Part shown: positions 40,627-52,052 of the stretch, one piece after another | How the letters are laid out: each line of letters begins with the position of its first letter | Position numbering within the stretch: position 1 is the stretch's first letter | Assembly: GCA_965238275.1 (NCBI GenBank) | Contig: OZ250186.1 | Span: 1,120,001-1,184,000, forward strand | Reading direction: 5' to 3' | Origin: Nitrosopumilus sp. | Lineage (GTDB): Archaea; Thermoproteota; Nitrososphaeria; Nitrososphaerales; Nitrosopumilaceae | Length of the DNA: 64,000 nucleotides | Program-made: the position numbers and the translations under genes | The notes under the pieces: generated by a model | Told to the model about the DNA's origin: nothing | Databases searched by the model: none | The model's input: only the letters and a program-made list of their open reading frames with translations

Positions 40627-42392
40627 GTAATTGTTTCGCTTTTTGAAGTACCCGGACGACTCGGCGGGCAGCTAGGGCACCTGAACTGAATCCAATAATT
40701 TTGTGCCAATGACGACAAAAATTGATCATTGCGATCCAAATACCAGTGGGTGCCAGTTCCTTCGAAGTACCAAATGAAGGAACCAGCACGCCAATCGTGG
40801 TTGGAAGCAGTGGAATTTAAGGCCATGGAATCCTCATCTGTCCTGCCGCAAATCCCACAGGATGCCGGGGCGTGCATGAAATCAGGATGCAGGTGCTGCC
40901 GGTTCTGGACAAGGGTGCTTGGTGACACGATCGGCTTGACAGGCAAGATCTTGGAGGCTGCTGCCGCCGAAGTTGCAGGCAGGCCAGGCGCCAACTGCAA
41001 GGAGATCGAGGGACTACAGGCACTCGTCTCATCCCTCACAGAGGACAACAAGAGGTACGCCAAGGCCAACAGGGAGCTTAACGCCAAGGCCAACAGGATC
41101 AACATCCCCACCGTGACCAAGAAAAAGGCAGGCCCAAGGAAGGCCGGCAGGCCCAAGGGGCAAAAACCCACCATCAACTGCAGGCCAAAACGCGTCGACC
41201 GCGTCGAGGAGATCGACTGCAAGGAATGTCCCGACTGTGGCAACGACAATCTTTCGGACGTGACTGACAGGTACGATCGCATCGTGACTGTCATGCGCGT
41301 CATACTGGAAAACGTCAGGTACGTCATCAAGCGGCGCTGGTGCCGCGGGTGCAAAAAACAGGTATCCGGGAGGGTTCCCGGCGCGGCAAAACACGCGCGC
41401 CGTTCATCAAACTTTGATGCGGCCATGACGTCCCTGAACATGAACGGTTTGTCGCATGCCAGGGCCGCAGAATTTGGCAGCGACGCGTGGGGGCACAAAA
41501 TCTCGCGCCCGTCTGCATACCGCGGCAAGATCAGGCAGGCAGAGCGCATGGCACCGGAGCGTGATTCTGTAAGAAAGCGCGTGTTAGAGGCGCCACACCT
41601 GAACGCAGACGAATTCCACTGGCCGTTGGGCGGCAAACGCGGCTACGGGATAGTGGCCCTGGCAAAAGACGCCTGCCTCGTGGAGGTGACCGGCTCTCGG
41701 GACATCAAGACGCTTTGCCACACACTCCCGGACTACAAGGGAACCATAACGCAGGACTCGTATGCAGGATGGCTCCACGTGGGATCGTGCCGCCAGATGT
41801 GCGTGTGGCACCAGGAACGCCTGGTGCAAAAGGACGTCCTGACCAACCCCAAAGGTGACGTTCCAAAGTTTCTGGACAGGCTATCGGCAATCCACGATAA
41901 GATTTATCGCGCATCCAGGATCAAAGACGGGCACACGAGGATCGTCGCGGCCCACTGCATAGACGCGGAGCTGCGCGGGCTGATGAACGAACCGTTTGCA
42001 GACGATGGGCACGGCACCATCGCCAGACACAAGAAGAGGAACCCCCGGGAGGGATACTTTATGACCACCTGCCTGCACGTGGACGGCATCGAGCCTGACA
42101 ACAACGCAGTGGAGAGGGTCAACCGGAGGTTCGTGGCCATAAGGAGCGACGGGGGCGGAAACCGCTCCCAGAAGGGCATGGATGCCAACTCGATCCTGTT
42201 CACGCTGCTGGCAACTGACAGGATCAACGCGAACAGTTTCTTTGATCATCTGGTCCGCTCGTCCTCTGGAGACAGTTGAGGCATCATCCAACGGCACGCG
42301 CGGTGCATCACGGGAAAAAAGATTTCACGGTAAGGGAAAGGCTGCACCCGCTCCACTGTTAGGCAGGCCACTTCAAAAAGCGAAACAATTAC
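40627..42392 (+). mobile_element. IS66-family element
   Basis: 23 bp TIR GTAATTGTTTCGCTTTTTGAAGT; 8 bp TSD CTTTGTAG (40619-40626 / 42393-42400). Confidence 0.95.
40876..42279 (+). CDS. tnpC: IS66 family transposase
   Basis: GRPKGQK, CPDCG..CRGC, NADEFHW, QDSYAGW, QMCVWH, DNNAVERVNR; start uncertain. Confidence 0.88.
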   Translation: MKSGCRCCRFWTRVLGDTIGLTGKILEAAAAEVAGRPGANCKEIEGLQALVSSLTEDNKRYAKANRELNAKANRINIPTVTKKKAGPRKAGRPKGQKPTINCRPKRVDRVEEIDCKECPDCGNDNLSDVTDRYDRIVTVMRVILENVRYVIKRRWCRGCKKQVSGRVPGAAKHARRSSNFDAAMTSLNMNGLSHARAAEFGSDAWGHKISRPSAYRGKIRQAERMAPERDSVRKRVLEAPHLNADEFHWPLGGKRGYGIVALAKDACLVEVTGSRDIKTLCHTLPDYKGTITQDSYAGWLHVGSCRQMCVWHQERLVQKDVLTNPKGDVPKFLDRLSAIHDKIYRASRIKDGHTRIVAAHCIDAELRGLMNEPFADDGHGTIARHKKRNPREGYFMTTCLHVDGIEPDNNAVERVNRRFVAIRSDGGGNRSQKGMDANSILFTLLATDRINANSFFDHLVRSSSGDS

Positions 42393-44872
42393 CTTTGTAG
42401 CAAGTATTATTTGGCAACATAGCCTGCAACCAAAGGGATATTCTGATAAATTTTCAATTCATCACAACTATATTCTTTGTTATAGAAATTCTAATGATTT
42501 TAAATTACAACTTCAAAAAAGAACCGATGCCGATAATGTTAATTATTCTAATCCCGATAATGATCCAAATGGGTTATGGCGTAGTGGCGATGTTCGTAAT
42601 TCGCTATATCGTAAAAACTTAATTTTTGATATTACTTCTCCCTCTGGGAACATAATCAAGCCTCCTCCAAAGGGATGGAGATGGAGCAAGGAAACCATTC
42701 AAGAGAAAATCAAAGAGGGGGAAATAATATTTAACAAGAATGAAACAAAAATAATAAGAAAAATATATTTGAAAAATGTTTTAAGTCGAGCCATTGAAAC
42801 AATATGGTTTGGTAACACTGTTGGAACAACTCGATCAGCCTCTGAAGAAATTAAAAGTATATTCAAAAAATCGATTTTTGATACGCCAAAACCGTGTATG
42901 TTAATAGAACAGATATTGCGCATTGGCGCAGACAAGAATGCCATAATCCTAGATTCTTTTGCGGGTTCCGGCACCACGGCACATGCAGTTCTTGGCCTAA
43001 ATAAAAAAGATGGAGGCAACCGCAAATTTATCTTGGTAGAATGTGAATATTACGCAAACAAAATAACTGCTGAGCGCGTGCGCCGCGTGGTAAGGGGAAT
43101 CCCCAGTGCCAAATCCGAATATCTCCGTGAGTCGCTTGGTGGATCTTTCACATATTGTACGCTTGGTAAACCGCTTGATGTCAACAAGATACTGACAGGT
43201 AAAGAACTTCCAGACTACAACACGCTTGCGTCACACCTCTTGTACACGTCTACCGGTCTATCAACCACCAAAAAACTAAGACCTAAAAATAAGGACGGCT
43301 TGTTCCACTCTGCTGACGGCAAGGATTTTTACCTCCTGTATAGGCCTGACTTGAAATATCTGCACTCCGATAAGGCTGTGCTTAACGTTGAACGTGCTAA
43401 ACGAATAAGCAAGACAAGCAAAAATGCTGTTTTCTTCGGTGCTGGCGCGCACATGGAACCGCGCGATCTGGCCCGCATGCATATAGAATTCTGTTCCATA
43501 CCTGACGAGATACGGCGGGCTTGACTGATGGAACTGAAACAGTATCAATCAGACGCACTGGACACGTTTTCCAAGTGGCTGAATGCGCTGGCCGAACAGC
43601 GCAAGCGTACTGAAGAGGCGATTGCGAAACTAGGTGGTGTGTTGGACGATATGTCTGAAGTTGAAAACTATCCCAAGAGAACTTGGACTGCCATGATTAA
43701 GGACAATCTAGTGAAAGATGCACAATACATAGACCGACAAGATGACAGTGGCAGGCCAATACCGCACATTTGCCTCAAGGTGCCCACGGGCGGCGGCAAG
43801 ACATTGATGGCTGCTGCCGCAATGGAGAAGATCAACCACCGTACCGGACTCGTGTTGTGGGTGGTACCAACCAAAAAAATATACTACCAAACACTGAATT
43901 CTCTCAAAACACGCGGCAATCCGGTCCGCCAAAGATTAGAAAACGCCAGTGGCGGCCACGTCAAGATAATGGAAAAACCTGACACGTTTAGCAAGCATGA
44001 CGTGGAAAACTACATGTGTGTGATGGTACTGTCACTTGCGGCAGCCAATCGCAACAAGGATGAGGATTTTTTAAAAATAAACCAAGATTCAGGCGGATAC
44101 CAATCATTCTTTCCTGACCGCGACAGTGAAATCGGCAACGCAAATATGTTAAAGAATCATCCAAGTTTGAAGCGCGAATGTGGTTATATCAGGCACAGTC
44201 TGGCCAACGTCTTCAGAATAAACCGACCGGTGGTAATCCTAGACGAGGCCCACAAGGCATACGGCAGAAACCAACAGAAGTTTTCTGGGATGATCAATAC
44301 TCTGAGTCCGGAGATGGTATTGGAGACGTCAGCCACCCCGAACCCTGGCATGAGCAACCTCTTGGTGGATGTGTCTGGTAACGATCTGTGGAAGGAGGAA
44401 ATGATCAAGATGCCGATAGAACTTAAGGTTCAGAATGATTTTGACTGGCATGGTGTGCTGGACAATGTACACGACCACCTAGCGCGGCTAGAGCAGGATG
44501 CCGTGTCACAACAGCCGACGACCGGAAGGTATGTCAGACCTATAGCCTTGGTCCGCGTCGAGCGAACCGGCAAGAAACAGGACAATGGTAAGCACATACA
44601 CGCCAATGACGTCCGAAAATACCTGATAAAGAAGCACGCGGTTCCGCCAAGCCATATCGCGATACAAAGCTCCGAACAAAACGATCTTGAAGACGTAAAA
44701 TTGATGTCGGAAACGGAGCAAATACGCTGGATAATCACGAAAGATGCGATAAAGGAGGGTTGGGACTGTCCATTTGCATACATACTAGCCATATTGGACA
44801 ACATCAAGGCGAAAACGGCAGTGACGCAGCTGCTTGGCAGGGTGTTGCGACAGCCGGGTGCAAGCCGTACTG

Positions 44873-46208
44873 CAGTAATCCCAGATGTGCTCACGGAGCC
44901 ACGGGATCTGGCGGTGGCTCGGGCTGAATCGTAATATTCCGATAGATTGCTATTAGCGTGACAATTTTCATATACAGCTGCGTCACCGGAAGGACTCCGT
45001 CACGCAGCTTCAGAAAGCTGGCCAGCTGCGCGTTTACCAGCACCCACGCATTGAATAGCATCAGCGAGTACAGAAAGCAGAAAAGCCGGGCAGGCCTACT
45101 GCTGCCGAACGATTTCGCCCTGGCATTCTCTACCAGTCTGTAGCATGTCTCGATGGTCCACCTTTTGGAATATTCCTCTACATCCATCCACGGGGCATTG
45201 GTGGCAAACGCAATGTATCGATCTTCCGGCGCACCTGCCTTCTTGTCCCCGTTCTTCGCCCCCTCACTTTCCTTCCTTACTCTCTTCTTCTCTGCTATGA
45301 TCATGTGGTACTGAACCGCTGCCTTGTCAGAATTCGTCATGTCGGATTTTGAGATGGGGCCGAGCGTTTTGGCCACGAACTTGCGCAGCGAGTCTTTCAC
45401 CCTACTGGTTCTGGTGCACGGCATCAGGTACTCAAGGCTAAGACGCTCAATCTCGGATATTGAGTTCACTGAAAAGAAGCCCCTGTCAACCAGGATCAGT
45501 CCCAGCCTGGATCCGACGGCGGAGACGTTTTCTAGGCACGAATTGAGGATTTCACGCAGGGATTCGTGCACGGATGAGGACTTGTCCACGTATAGGGCCG
45601 CAAGGATAAGCCGCGATTTGGAGTTGACGCACTGCGCCGTGATGTACGCCTCGAATCTGTTGGTGCCGCTCTTGCGCTCTCCGCCTCTCAGGTCAGAGCC
45701 AAGTTTCTTGCTGTGGCACGGTATCAGGTGCATGTCGATGGCCACATCAAGCACATCAGGCAGCCTGCCAAACAGGTAAAGCTCATCCAGCTGTGCCCTT
45801 ACCGCCTGGTTAAAAGTCTCAAGCGCCTTACCCTCGTCCGTCTTGGACAGGATATCGCGAAACCACTCGTCGCTTGGAGAATGACGTGAATATCTTGGAT
45901 TCTCGATGGACTGCGCCGTGATTTCTCTCATGGCGAAGCTGCATCCGCCGACCGAAGTGTCAAGCATCGCGGCATGCAGCATGCCGACGTTAAAGTCGCT
46001 TGTGCCATATGTCGCGTTGTACCTTTTGGAGACCTCGGCGGACGGCACGATGCTTTCTCTCAGCACCTTCTCAACAGATTCATATATTTTGCCATTGTTC
46101 ATCATATCGCGTCTCAGGCGATCTTTTTGGTGGTACATAAGGATCGTCTGGGCGTGCCCCCATTGATCTGTTTGCATCAGGTGCTAGATGGCACATCTGG
46201 GATTACTG
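44873..46208 (-). mobile_element. ISH3-family element
   Basis: 18 bp TIR CAGTAATCCCAGATGTGC; 5 bp TSD TACTG (44868-44872 / 46209-46213). Confidence 0.95.
44891..46177 (-). CDS. ISH3 family transposase
   Basis: VAIDMH, VDRGFFS, FATN, YSKRWTIETCY, LFNAW. Confidence 0.9.
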   Translation of the reverse strand: MQTDQWGHAQTILMYHQKDRLRRDMMNNGKIYESVEKVLRESIVPSAEVSKRYNATYGTSDFNVGMLHAAMLDTSVGGCSFAMREITAQSIENPRYSRHSPSDEWFRDILSKTDEGKALETFNQAVRAQLDELYLFGRLPDVLDVAIDMHLIPCHSKKLGSDLRGGERKSGTNRFEAYITAQCVNSKSRLILAALYVDKSSSVHESLREILNSCLENVSAVGSRLGLILVDRGFFSVNSISEIERLSLEYLMPCTRTSRVKDSLRKFVAKTLGPISKSDMTNSDKAAVQYHMIIAEKKRVRKESEGAKNGDKKAGAPEDRYIAFATNAPWMDVEEYSKRWTIETCYRLVENARAKSFGSSRPARLFCFLYSLMLFNAWVLVNAQLASFLKLRDGVLPVTQLYMKIVTLIAIYRNITIQPEPPPDPVAP

Positions 46209-47371
46209 TACTGGAACCGATAATCTTGACAAATCCTACGTGTATTGCAATAAGACTGACACTGGAAAAGTTGCTGAATACGTTAAGGCCGGGCTGACAG
46301 ACATCGGCATGGGCGACATGAAATTCGCCGTAAATACTGACGAGTCAAAAATCAGTTCCAGGATGAATAGGAAGACAGTAAAAATTCAAAACGTGCGCCT
46401 GCCGCTCGTGTTGCACAAGGACGGTGACGACTGGATTGAATTGGATTATAAGCGACACGTGTTGTCCAGCGTGAGGTTTGGCGCCATAAGCGCGCCAGAT
46501 CCAGGCCTGTTCCGAACCACACCGCCAGGCTCGCAGACGCTTATCGTAAGCCCGGACGGTGATGTCGATGTTTCCGATATTGATGTCCATTATGGAAAGG
46601 CCGCCAACGTTTCTGACATGACGCGCACGCTCTCTGATATCGTGCCTAACGTTTGGCAGGCTGCAAGGATTGCGCAGGAGTTTATCTCCAAGATACATGG
46701 ATTAGGCAAAGACGAGGCCGATATCTACAACGGCATGTCTGATCTCGCGAAAAAACTGTGCGACCACGTGCATGGGGAAGTCGACAAGCGGGCAAAAAGG
46801 TTGTTCTGCGGCAAGGTAAGGCGCGGTAACATACGCTTTGATCTTGAAATCAGCGGCACACAATACGAAGTCAAGGACTTTGAAGTGAGGGGGGAAACTC
46901 CGTTCAACGTGGGTAGTGGTCTGACGGCCCAGCGCACGCTGTTTGAACCTGTATATGATGAGGAGTTTGACAATGACTTGGAACGCAGTTTTGCCAGATA
47001 CATTGACGCCAAAAAAACTATCGACTGGTGGTATAGGGTGGCTGCGCGGCAGCATGATGGTTATCGTCTGCATGGCTGGAAAAAAGATCACATATACCCG
47101 GATTTCATAGTAATGAAAAACAACGACGGAAGCAAGGCGCGACTCGGGATATACGACACCAAGGGTGAGCACCTAGTGGGCAATTTGGACACGAAATACA
47201 AAGAAGATGTGCTGAAGACGCTCGAAGGAGCGTTTGACTGCGGCAACGTCAAAATCAACGGGAACAGGCTGCAAGGTGAGTTCCGTTTGGTTCTTGACGG
47301 TGAGTTTGCTGAAATAATGGTAGACTGATCCGCAAAACTTTAAACAATGATAAATTACTATTACAAAAAAT

Positions 47372-47839
47372 ATGAAATATAATTTAACAACACGTCAAAC
47401 GTTTGCAATAGAATTGCTTGCAATGGCCGCACTTGCAACAGTCATATCGTCAGTTTCTATTCACGAGGCAGGTCATTGGGTTGTATGTGAATATTTTGAC
47501 TCAGTACCTACATGGAACATTACAGAATACATGGGAATAACATGCAATCCTACTGGTTCGGAATGGATGCACGTTTACTGGGCGGCCGGTGGTTTTGTAG
47601 CGGCCTCTGTGTTATTTAGCATGTCATTTATTCTGCATAAAACTATCAACCAGAGTGCCGTAACATGGGGTTTGGTAGCGGCAGGATTTTATCAGGTATT
47701 CAACGCGTTTTGGGAAACATTTGATCATGCAGACTACATTAATGGAGATAAAACTCTAGTCTCCTTTGGAGCACTCATCGTAATTGTATTGATGGTTTGG
47801 ATCTGGAAGGATAAAAAATGTGCTGTAAATATGCCATGA
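47372..47839 (+). CDS. Membrane protein with HExxH motif (M50-like putative zinc peptidase)
   Basis: IHEAGHW, AAGG, several TM helices. Confidence 0.65.
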   Translation: MKYNLTTRQTFAIELLAMAALATVISSVSIHEAGHWVVCEYFDSVPTWNITEYMGITCNPTGSEWMHVYWAAGGFVAASVLFSMSFILHKTINQSAVTWGLVAAGFYQVFNAFWETFDHADYINGDKTLVSFGALIVIVLMVWIWKDKKCAVNMP

Positions 47840-47907
47840 CCATACAAGTCGGCAGAAACCTTTTCAATTCGTCATCTTTGAGCATATGCCAAAAAATCAT
47901 TATCAGG

Positions 47908-48465
47908 TCAATTACACGCCGCATAATACGTCCAAACCCCGGTAACTTCGGCCCACCCGGAGGTAGCGGCTTCGGTCGTACTGCAGTACTCGGTGTAGAA
48001 TTTCTCCAGATAACCGTGTTCATGCAGCCACGCCCCAGCGGTAGTGGCATAATCATTACCCTCACACCAAACCGTCCCCAAGTGGCGGCCGTACTTGTCG
48101 AACTGTCTAATGGAATCCTCGTCCATGTACGCGGTACTGCCCTTCGGGCACAGTTCCTTCAAAGCGTTGGTTGCCTCCCAGAATCCGTCTTCGTCGCGTT
48201 CCGGCGTGTCAATCAGGCTGAGCCTGTACTTGACGGCATCAAAATGTAGTGTGTCACCGTCGATTATGCGGGTTATCTTGCCCTGCACCGCGCTCGGGTG
48301 CACGCCAACAGGCCTGTCAACCGGCGCTGGATCGTGTGAGAGTTCGGGCAAACGGGGCTCCACGTCGTCCTGCATACCTGCAAACAGCGTGACTGCCAGG
48401 GCCACACCCAACACGACAACCAAAATGACGCCAAGAATTATGATTGTTTTGCCGTTCAACTGCAT
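47908..48465 (-). CDS. Membrane-anchored thermonuclease (SNase) family protein
   Basis: N-terminal TM; RIIDGDT, RLSLIDTPE, DKYGRHLG. Confidence 0.88.
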   Translation of the reverse strand: MQLNGKTIIILGVILVVVLGVALAVTLFAGMQDDVEPRLPELSHDPAPVDRPVGVHPSAVQGKITRIIDGDTLHFDAVKYRLSLIDTPERDEDGFWEATNALKELCPKGSTAYMDEDSIRQFDKYGRHLGTVWCEGNDYATTAGAWLHEHGYLEKFYTEYCSTTEAATSGWAEVTGVWTYYAACN

Positions 48466-48469
48466 TCAA

Positions 48470-48904
48470 TCAGACTGATGGCCTTGCTGCCTGTATCTCG
48501 TCATCCGTAAGCGGGGGCATTTTACACTTCCTGCATGTTTGATCTTTTGGGTTCATGCGCCCCTTCAACCATACCTTTTTGGCCTCTTCCAGCGTCTCAC
48601 ACCAAAAGTATTCGTTCCTTCCGTGGCCGGTACTGAGCGGGGTGTCCTGAACAAGGTTCGCGCCATAAAGCAATTTTATGGATTGGCACGACGTGGAATG
48701 TATGCGACTATCATCGGACCGGTGCTTCGTAAACAGAAATACGCCCGGCCCATCATAATGCTTAACCAAATCTCCTCTTTTTCCAGTTTCTCCATACTGG
48801 ACGGCAGTCCCTCCCCCACATTTATGGTCTTTGCCCGGGCACAGGGCAACGTACAGTCGTGAAGTGGCAGTATGTGCTACCGACACTCGCGCCTCCGTGA
48901 TCAT
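48470..48904 (-). CDS. Hypothetical His/Cys metal-binding protein
   Basis: RIHSTSC...YFWCETLEEAK...CRKCKMP; motif shared with 35136..37626; start uncertain. Confidence 0.55.
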   Translation of the reverse strand: MITEARVSVAHTATSRLYVALCPGKDHKCGGGTAVQYGETGKRGDLVKHYDGPGVFLFTKHRSDDSRIHSTSCQSIKLLYGANLVQDTPLSTGHGRNEYFWCETLEEAKKVWLKGRMNPKDQTCRKCKMPPLTDDEIQAARPSV

Positions 48905-48959
48905 GGATGTGGGTTTGCTGCCCCATCAAGGATATATTGCAGCCAGCCAAGCCCAACCC

Positions 48960-49517
48960 ATGGCACAGACCAAGCCCGTAATCACAGTCGAGAACGTGGT
49001 TGCCACCGCGTCCGTAGGCCAGAAGATGGACCTGCGCGATATCCAGGAAAGGTTTCCCGGCACCCAGTACCATCCGGAACAGTTCCCCGGCCTGGTCTTC
49101 AGGCTTGCCGTACCAAAGACTGCCACGCTGATATTCCGGACAGGCAAGATGGTGTGCACCGGGGCCAAGTCAGAAGAGCTGGCGGCCAAGGCGGTAAACA
49201 CGGTGGTGTACAAGATCAGGAAGAATGGCATCCATATCAAAAACGACGCGACAGTCACGATCCAGAACATCGTGGCCGCGATAAACCTGGGCGGTGGAAT
49301 CCGCATCGAGGATGCAGCGCGCACCCTGCCGCGCAGCATGTACGAACCCGAGCAGTTTCCCGGGCTCATACACAGGGTGTTGGATCCCAAGACAGTCATT
49401 CTGCTGTTTGCCTCCGGCAAGCTCGTGTGCACTGGCGGCAAGACAGAAGAAGACGTGTTCCGTTCCGTGCACGGCCTGCATGCGCTTCTGGAAGAGAAGG
49501 ACCTGATGATCTACTAG
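48960..49517 (+). CDS. tbp: TATA-box-binding protein
   Basis: Two TBP repeats: ENVVA..YHPEQFPGLVFR..LIFRTGKMVCTGAKS and QNIVA..YEPEQFPGLIHR..LLFASGKLVCTG. Confidence 0.97.
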   Translation: MAQTKPVITVENVVATASVGQKMDLRDIQERFPGTQYHPEQFPGLVFRLAVPKTATLIFRTGKMVCTGAKSEELAAKAVNTVVYKIRKNGIHIKNDATVTIQNIVAAINLGGGIRIEDAARTLPRSMYEPEQFPGLIHRVLDPKTVILLFASGKLVCTGGKTEEDVFRSVHGLHALLEEKDLMIY

Positions 49518-49642
49518 CCTGTAAGGCCATGGGGTGAAATGGAGTTGTGATTCATCGCTTCAGGATCATATTGAAATGTTAAAAATAACATACCGACGAC
49601 TTCCAAGATCCGTTTATAGCGAGCACATTTGTAATACTATTC

Positions 49643-50362
49643 ATGAAGACTATCTTGTTTGGTGTTTTGGCACTGACACTAATCATCACAATACCCATAG
49701 CCAGTGCAAACAATTCCACTACCCCATACCAAATGAATGAGGTTACAGACATCTGGACAGACGTTCCAATATTGGTTGGTGCACTCTTGGCTGGTGTTGC
49801 CGGGTTTTCAGTGAACATATTCTATGGTTTATACAAAGACAGGAAAGATAAGAAGAAACTAAGGAATATCCTTTCCAGAGAGTTTGGCATTGTGTATAGA
49901 GCACTAGAATCTATGAGTGATATCCAAAAAACCACGCTAAAAAACGCACAGAATGAACAGGAGGCAATAGAATCTGGAATTGTCGACCAACATGAAGCGC
50001 TTACTGGTTTTCAGTTAGTACGAGTAGACTCTCCGTTATGGAATGCTGTAATGTCCAATGATATTTTGTTCAAATTAAATGAAAATGAAATCACCGCGGT
50101 TCATCATGCAATACACAACATAGAAGTGTGTGATGCCAACACGACATATTTAATAGAAAAAGCAAAAAAAGATTTGAACCCACCATCAAATCAACTATTC
50201 CTAGACAATTCAACCATAAGTGATTATTTGTTAGAAAGCATAAACAATTGCTTGAGAACAATGAGGGCAATAGAAGAGCTTGATGAATTAGGCTGGTTTT
50301 ATTCTAAAAAACTACCTGAATATAAAGAGGAAGTGATCCGATACGCAAACATGAAAATCTAA
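49643..50362 (+). CDS. Hypothetical membrane protein
   Basis: Signal-like N-terminus, a second TM, soluble helical C-terminus; AT-rich. Confidence 0.65.
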   Translation: MKTILFGVLALTLIITIPIASANNSTTPYQMNEVTDIWTDVPILVGALLAGVAGFSVNIFYGLYKDRKDKKKLRNILSREFGIVYRALESMSDIQKTTLKNAQNEQEAIESGIVDQHEALTGFQLVRVDSPLWNAVMSNDILFKLNENEITAVHHAIHNIEVCDANTTYLIEKAKKDLNPPSNQLFLDNSTISDYLLESINNCLRTMRAIEELDELGWFYSKKLPEYKEEVIRYANMKI

Positions 50363-50467
50363 AAAATACTTTTGTCACAGTTGTTATGGTGATGTCACTA
50401 TAACCATCGCTCACCTAATTGTCTTACAATGAATCAAAAAACACGTATAGCGACTGTCAAACACCCA

Positions 50468-51193
50468 TCATTCGTTACTCATTGCCACAACCTCCCACTG
50501 TGACCATGTCCCACGTCCGCCTGGTCTGACAGCAGTGACTTTTTTGGGCACGCCGATAATGCGCATGCCGTTGCCACACATGAGCGCCTCCAGCTCGTCC
50601 AACGAAAAGAAATGCACGTGCAGACCGCGCTTCGGGCCGCCCTCGTACAAAATGGTAAAGCCATCGTTTGACTCCTTCGTGACATGGTGCGGCTGCAGCA
50701 CGTCCGTATCTGATGCATTCACGCGCAGAAAGAACAATCCGCTAGGGACCAGCACCCGTGCCACCTTCTGAAAGTACGCCCCTGCAGTCTTGCCCGTTCC
50801 GTGCTGGAACGACTGTATTGAAACCAGGTAATCAAACGGTCCACCTGTATAATCCAGAAAGTCACTGCAGGTGAGTCTGGGTGCCAACCTTGGTTCTTTC
50901 TTTGCTATCTGGCTTAGCCCGACTGCGGACACGTCCAACCCCGTGATGTCCAGCCCCGACCTGGACAGCATGACGTAGTTTCTACCGTTTCCGCATCCCA
51001 CGTACAGTCCTTTCCCATCTCGATGATCTGGTCTTTCTGACAAAAAGTCGATTATCTCATTCGCGAATTCCACCGGAGGTTCGCCGTCGTATCTGCCTAA
51101 ATTATACTCTTCATCCCATGCGTTGGCAATGGTGCGCTCCAAGCTGGCAGTGTCGTTGTTGCGTGGCATGGTTTTCATAGGCGCGTTGAGCAT
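50468..51193 (-). CDS. Class I SAM-dependent methyltransferase
   Basis: LYVGCGNGRN, GLDVS, FDYLVS, LVPSGLF. Confidence 0.88.
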   Translation of the reverse strand: MLNAPMKTMPRNNDTASLERTIANAWDEEYNLGRYDGEPPVEFANEIIDFLSERPDHRDGKGLYVGCGNGRNYVMLSRSGLDITGLDVSAVGLSQIAKKEPRLAPRLTCSDFLDYTGGPFDYLVSIQSFQHGTGKTAGAYFQKVARVLVPSGLFFLRVNASDTDVLQPHHVTKESNDGFTILYEGGPKRGLHVHFFSLDELEALMCGNGMRIIGVPKKVTAVRPGGRGTWSQWEVVAMSNE

Positions 51194-51266
51194 TTAATCA
51201 AACCGCTCACTCAACGTGTGGCAAGGATCGGGGTCGCCCCCGTGGAATCAAAAAAAGAGAATAGGA

Positions 51267-51899
51267 TTATCGTACGCGGACTGTAGCAGTCTGGATGATG
51301 GGCTCGCCTGCTGCTGTCGTGCCTGATACCTCTATGAGATACTCTTGACCTACAGCAAATGCGATTTTGTCTCCTGTGTTTCGTGCAGTCGTACTGGCAG
51401 AATCTGTAATTGCAATGCCACCTGATATGCTGGCAGTACCACCTGGTGCCAAATCATCTATGTCTGCACCACCTATGAGTATTGATGGCAACGTCCCTGG
51501 ACCCGTAGATGCTGTTGGAGGACTGGTATATTGGGCTGCAACACAGTCAGTGGTTGCGGCCTCGAGGGCAGCGTTAGTGAGTGTGGCTTTTGCAGCAACC
51601 TCGCCATTACATACAAGCAATACCACTGCACTCAGATCCGATGCTGCATCTGTACCAGTGTTCTTGATGCTCAATGACACGTATGCTGTATTTCCAGTAT
51701 TGTACGCCCTGGCGTTCTGTATCTCTACAGATGTTATGGACACCGCGCTGTCCGAAAGGTCAGACGTCATCACGTACAGTCCGCCCGCGGCCACGGCAGT
51801 AAGACCGAGGCCGAGCATGATTCCGACGATTGCCGATACGGCCCTCCTCTTTCTCATTAGTGTCTTTGTCGTTATGGATTTTGTCGTTATGGACTTCAT
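51267..51899 (-). CDS. Archaeal type IV pilin (class III signal peptide)
   Basis: RKRRA|VSAIVGIMLGLGLTAVAAG; IKNTG; GQEYLIEV; the real start may be the Met before RKRR. Confidence 0.85.
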   Translation of the reverse strand: MKSITTKSITTKTLMRKRRAVSAIVGIMLGLGLTAVAAGGLYVMTSDLSDSAVSITSVEIQNARAYNTGNTAYVSLSIKNTGTDAASDLSAVVLLVCNGEVAAKATLTNAALEAATTDCVAAQYTSPPTASTGPGTLPSILIGGADIDDLAPGGTASISGGIAITDSASTTARNTGDKIAFAVGQEYLIEVSGTTAAGEPIIQTATVRVR

Positions 51900-52052
51900 T
51901 GAATTGCAAAAATGCTTTGCTTATAAGGGCGGTTTTTCATAGGGACTGGGAAGTTAACGGGAGCTGCATCTCGCTGGGAAGTCGGGAGCTGAAACGGGAT
52001 CTTCTCTGGATTCGATCCCGTCGCATTTCGTGATTTTAAACGGTGACCCCAA

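Larger units (their letters stand above)
37783..43524 (+). pseudogene. mod: Type III R-M adenine methyltransferase split into three pieces by two IS66 elements
   Basis: IHGDSL, YIDPPYN; GVIFISIDDNE..DEIFG (40526-40626); FDTPKP, ILDSFAGSGTT; in frame after removing both IS plus one TSD copy each. Confidence 0.92.
43528..47328 (+). pseudogene. res: Type III R-M restriction subunit interrupted by ISH3
   Basis: LKQYQ, VPTGGGKT, LDEAH, SATP, KEGWDCP, QLLGRVLR; C-terminal YPDFIV...YDTKG; ASRT|GTDNLDKSYVYC is restored in frame. Confidence 0.92.
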
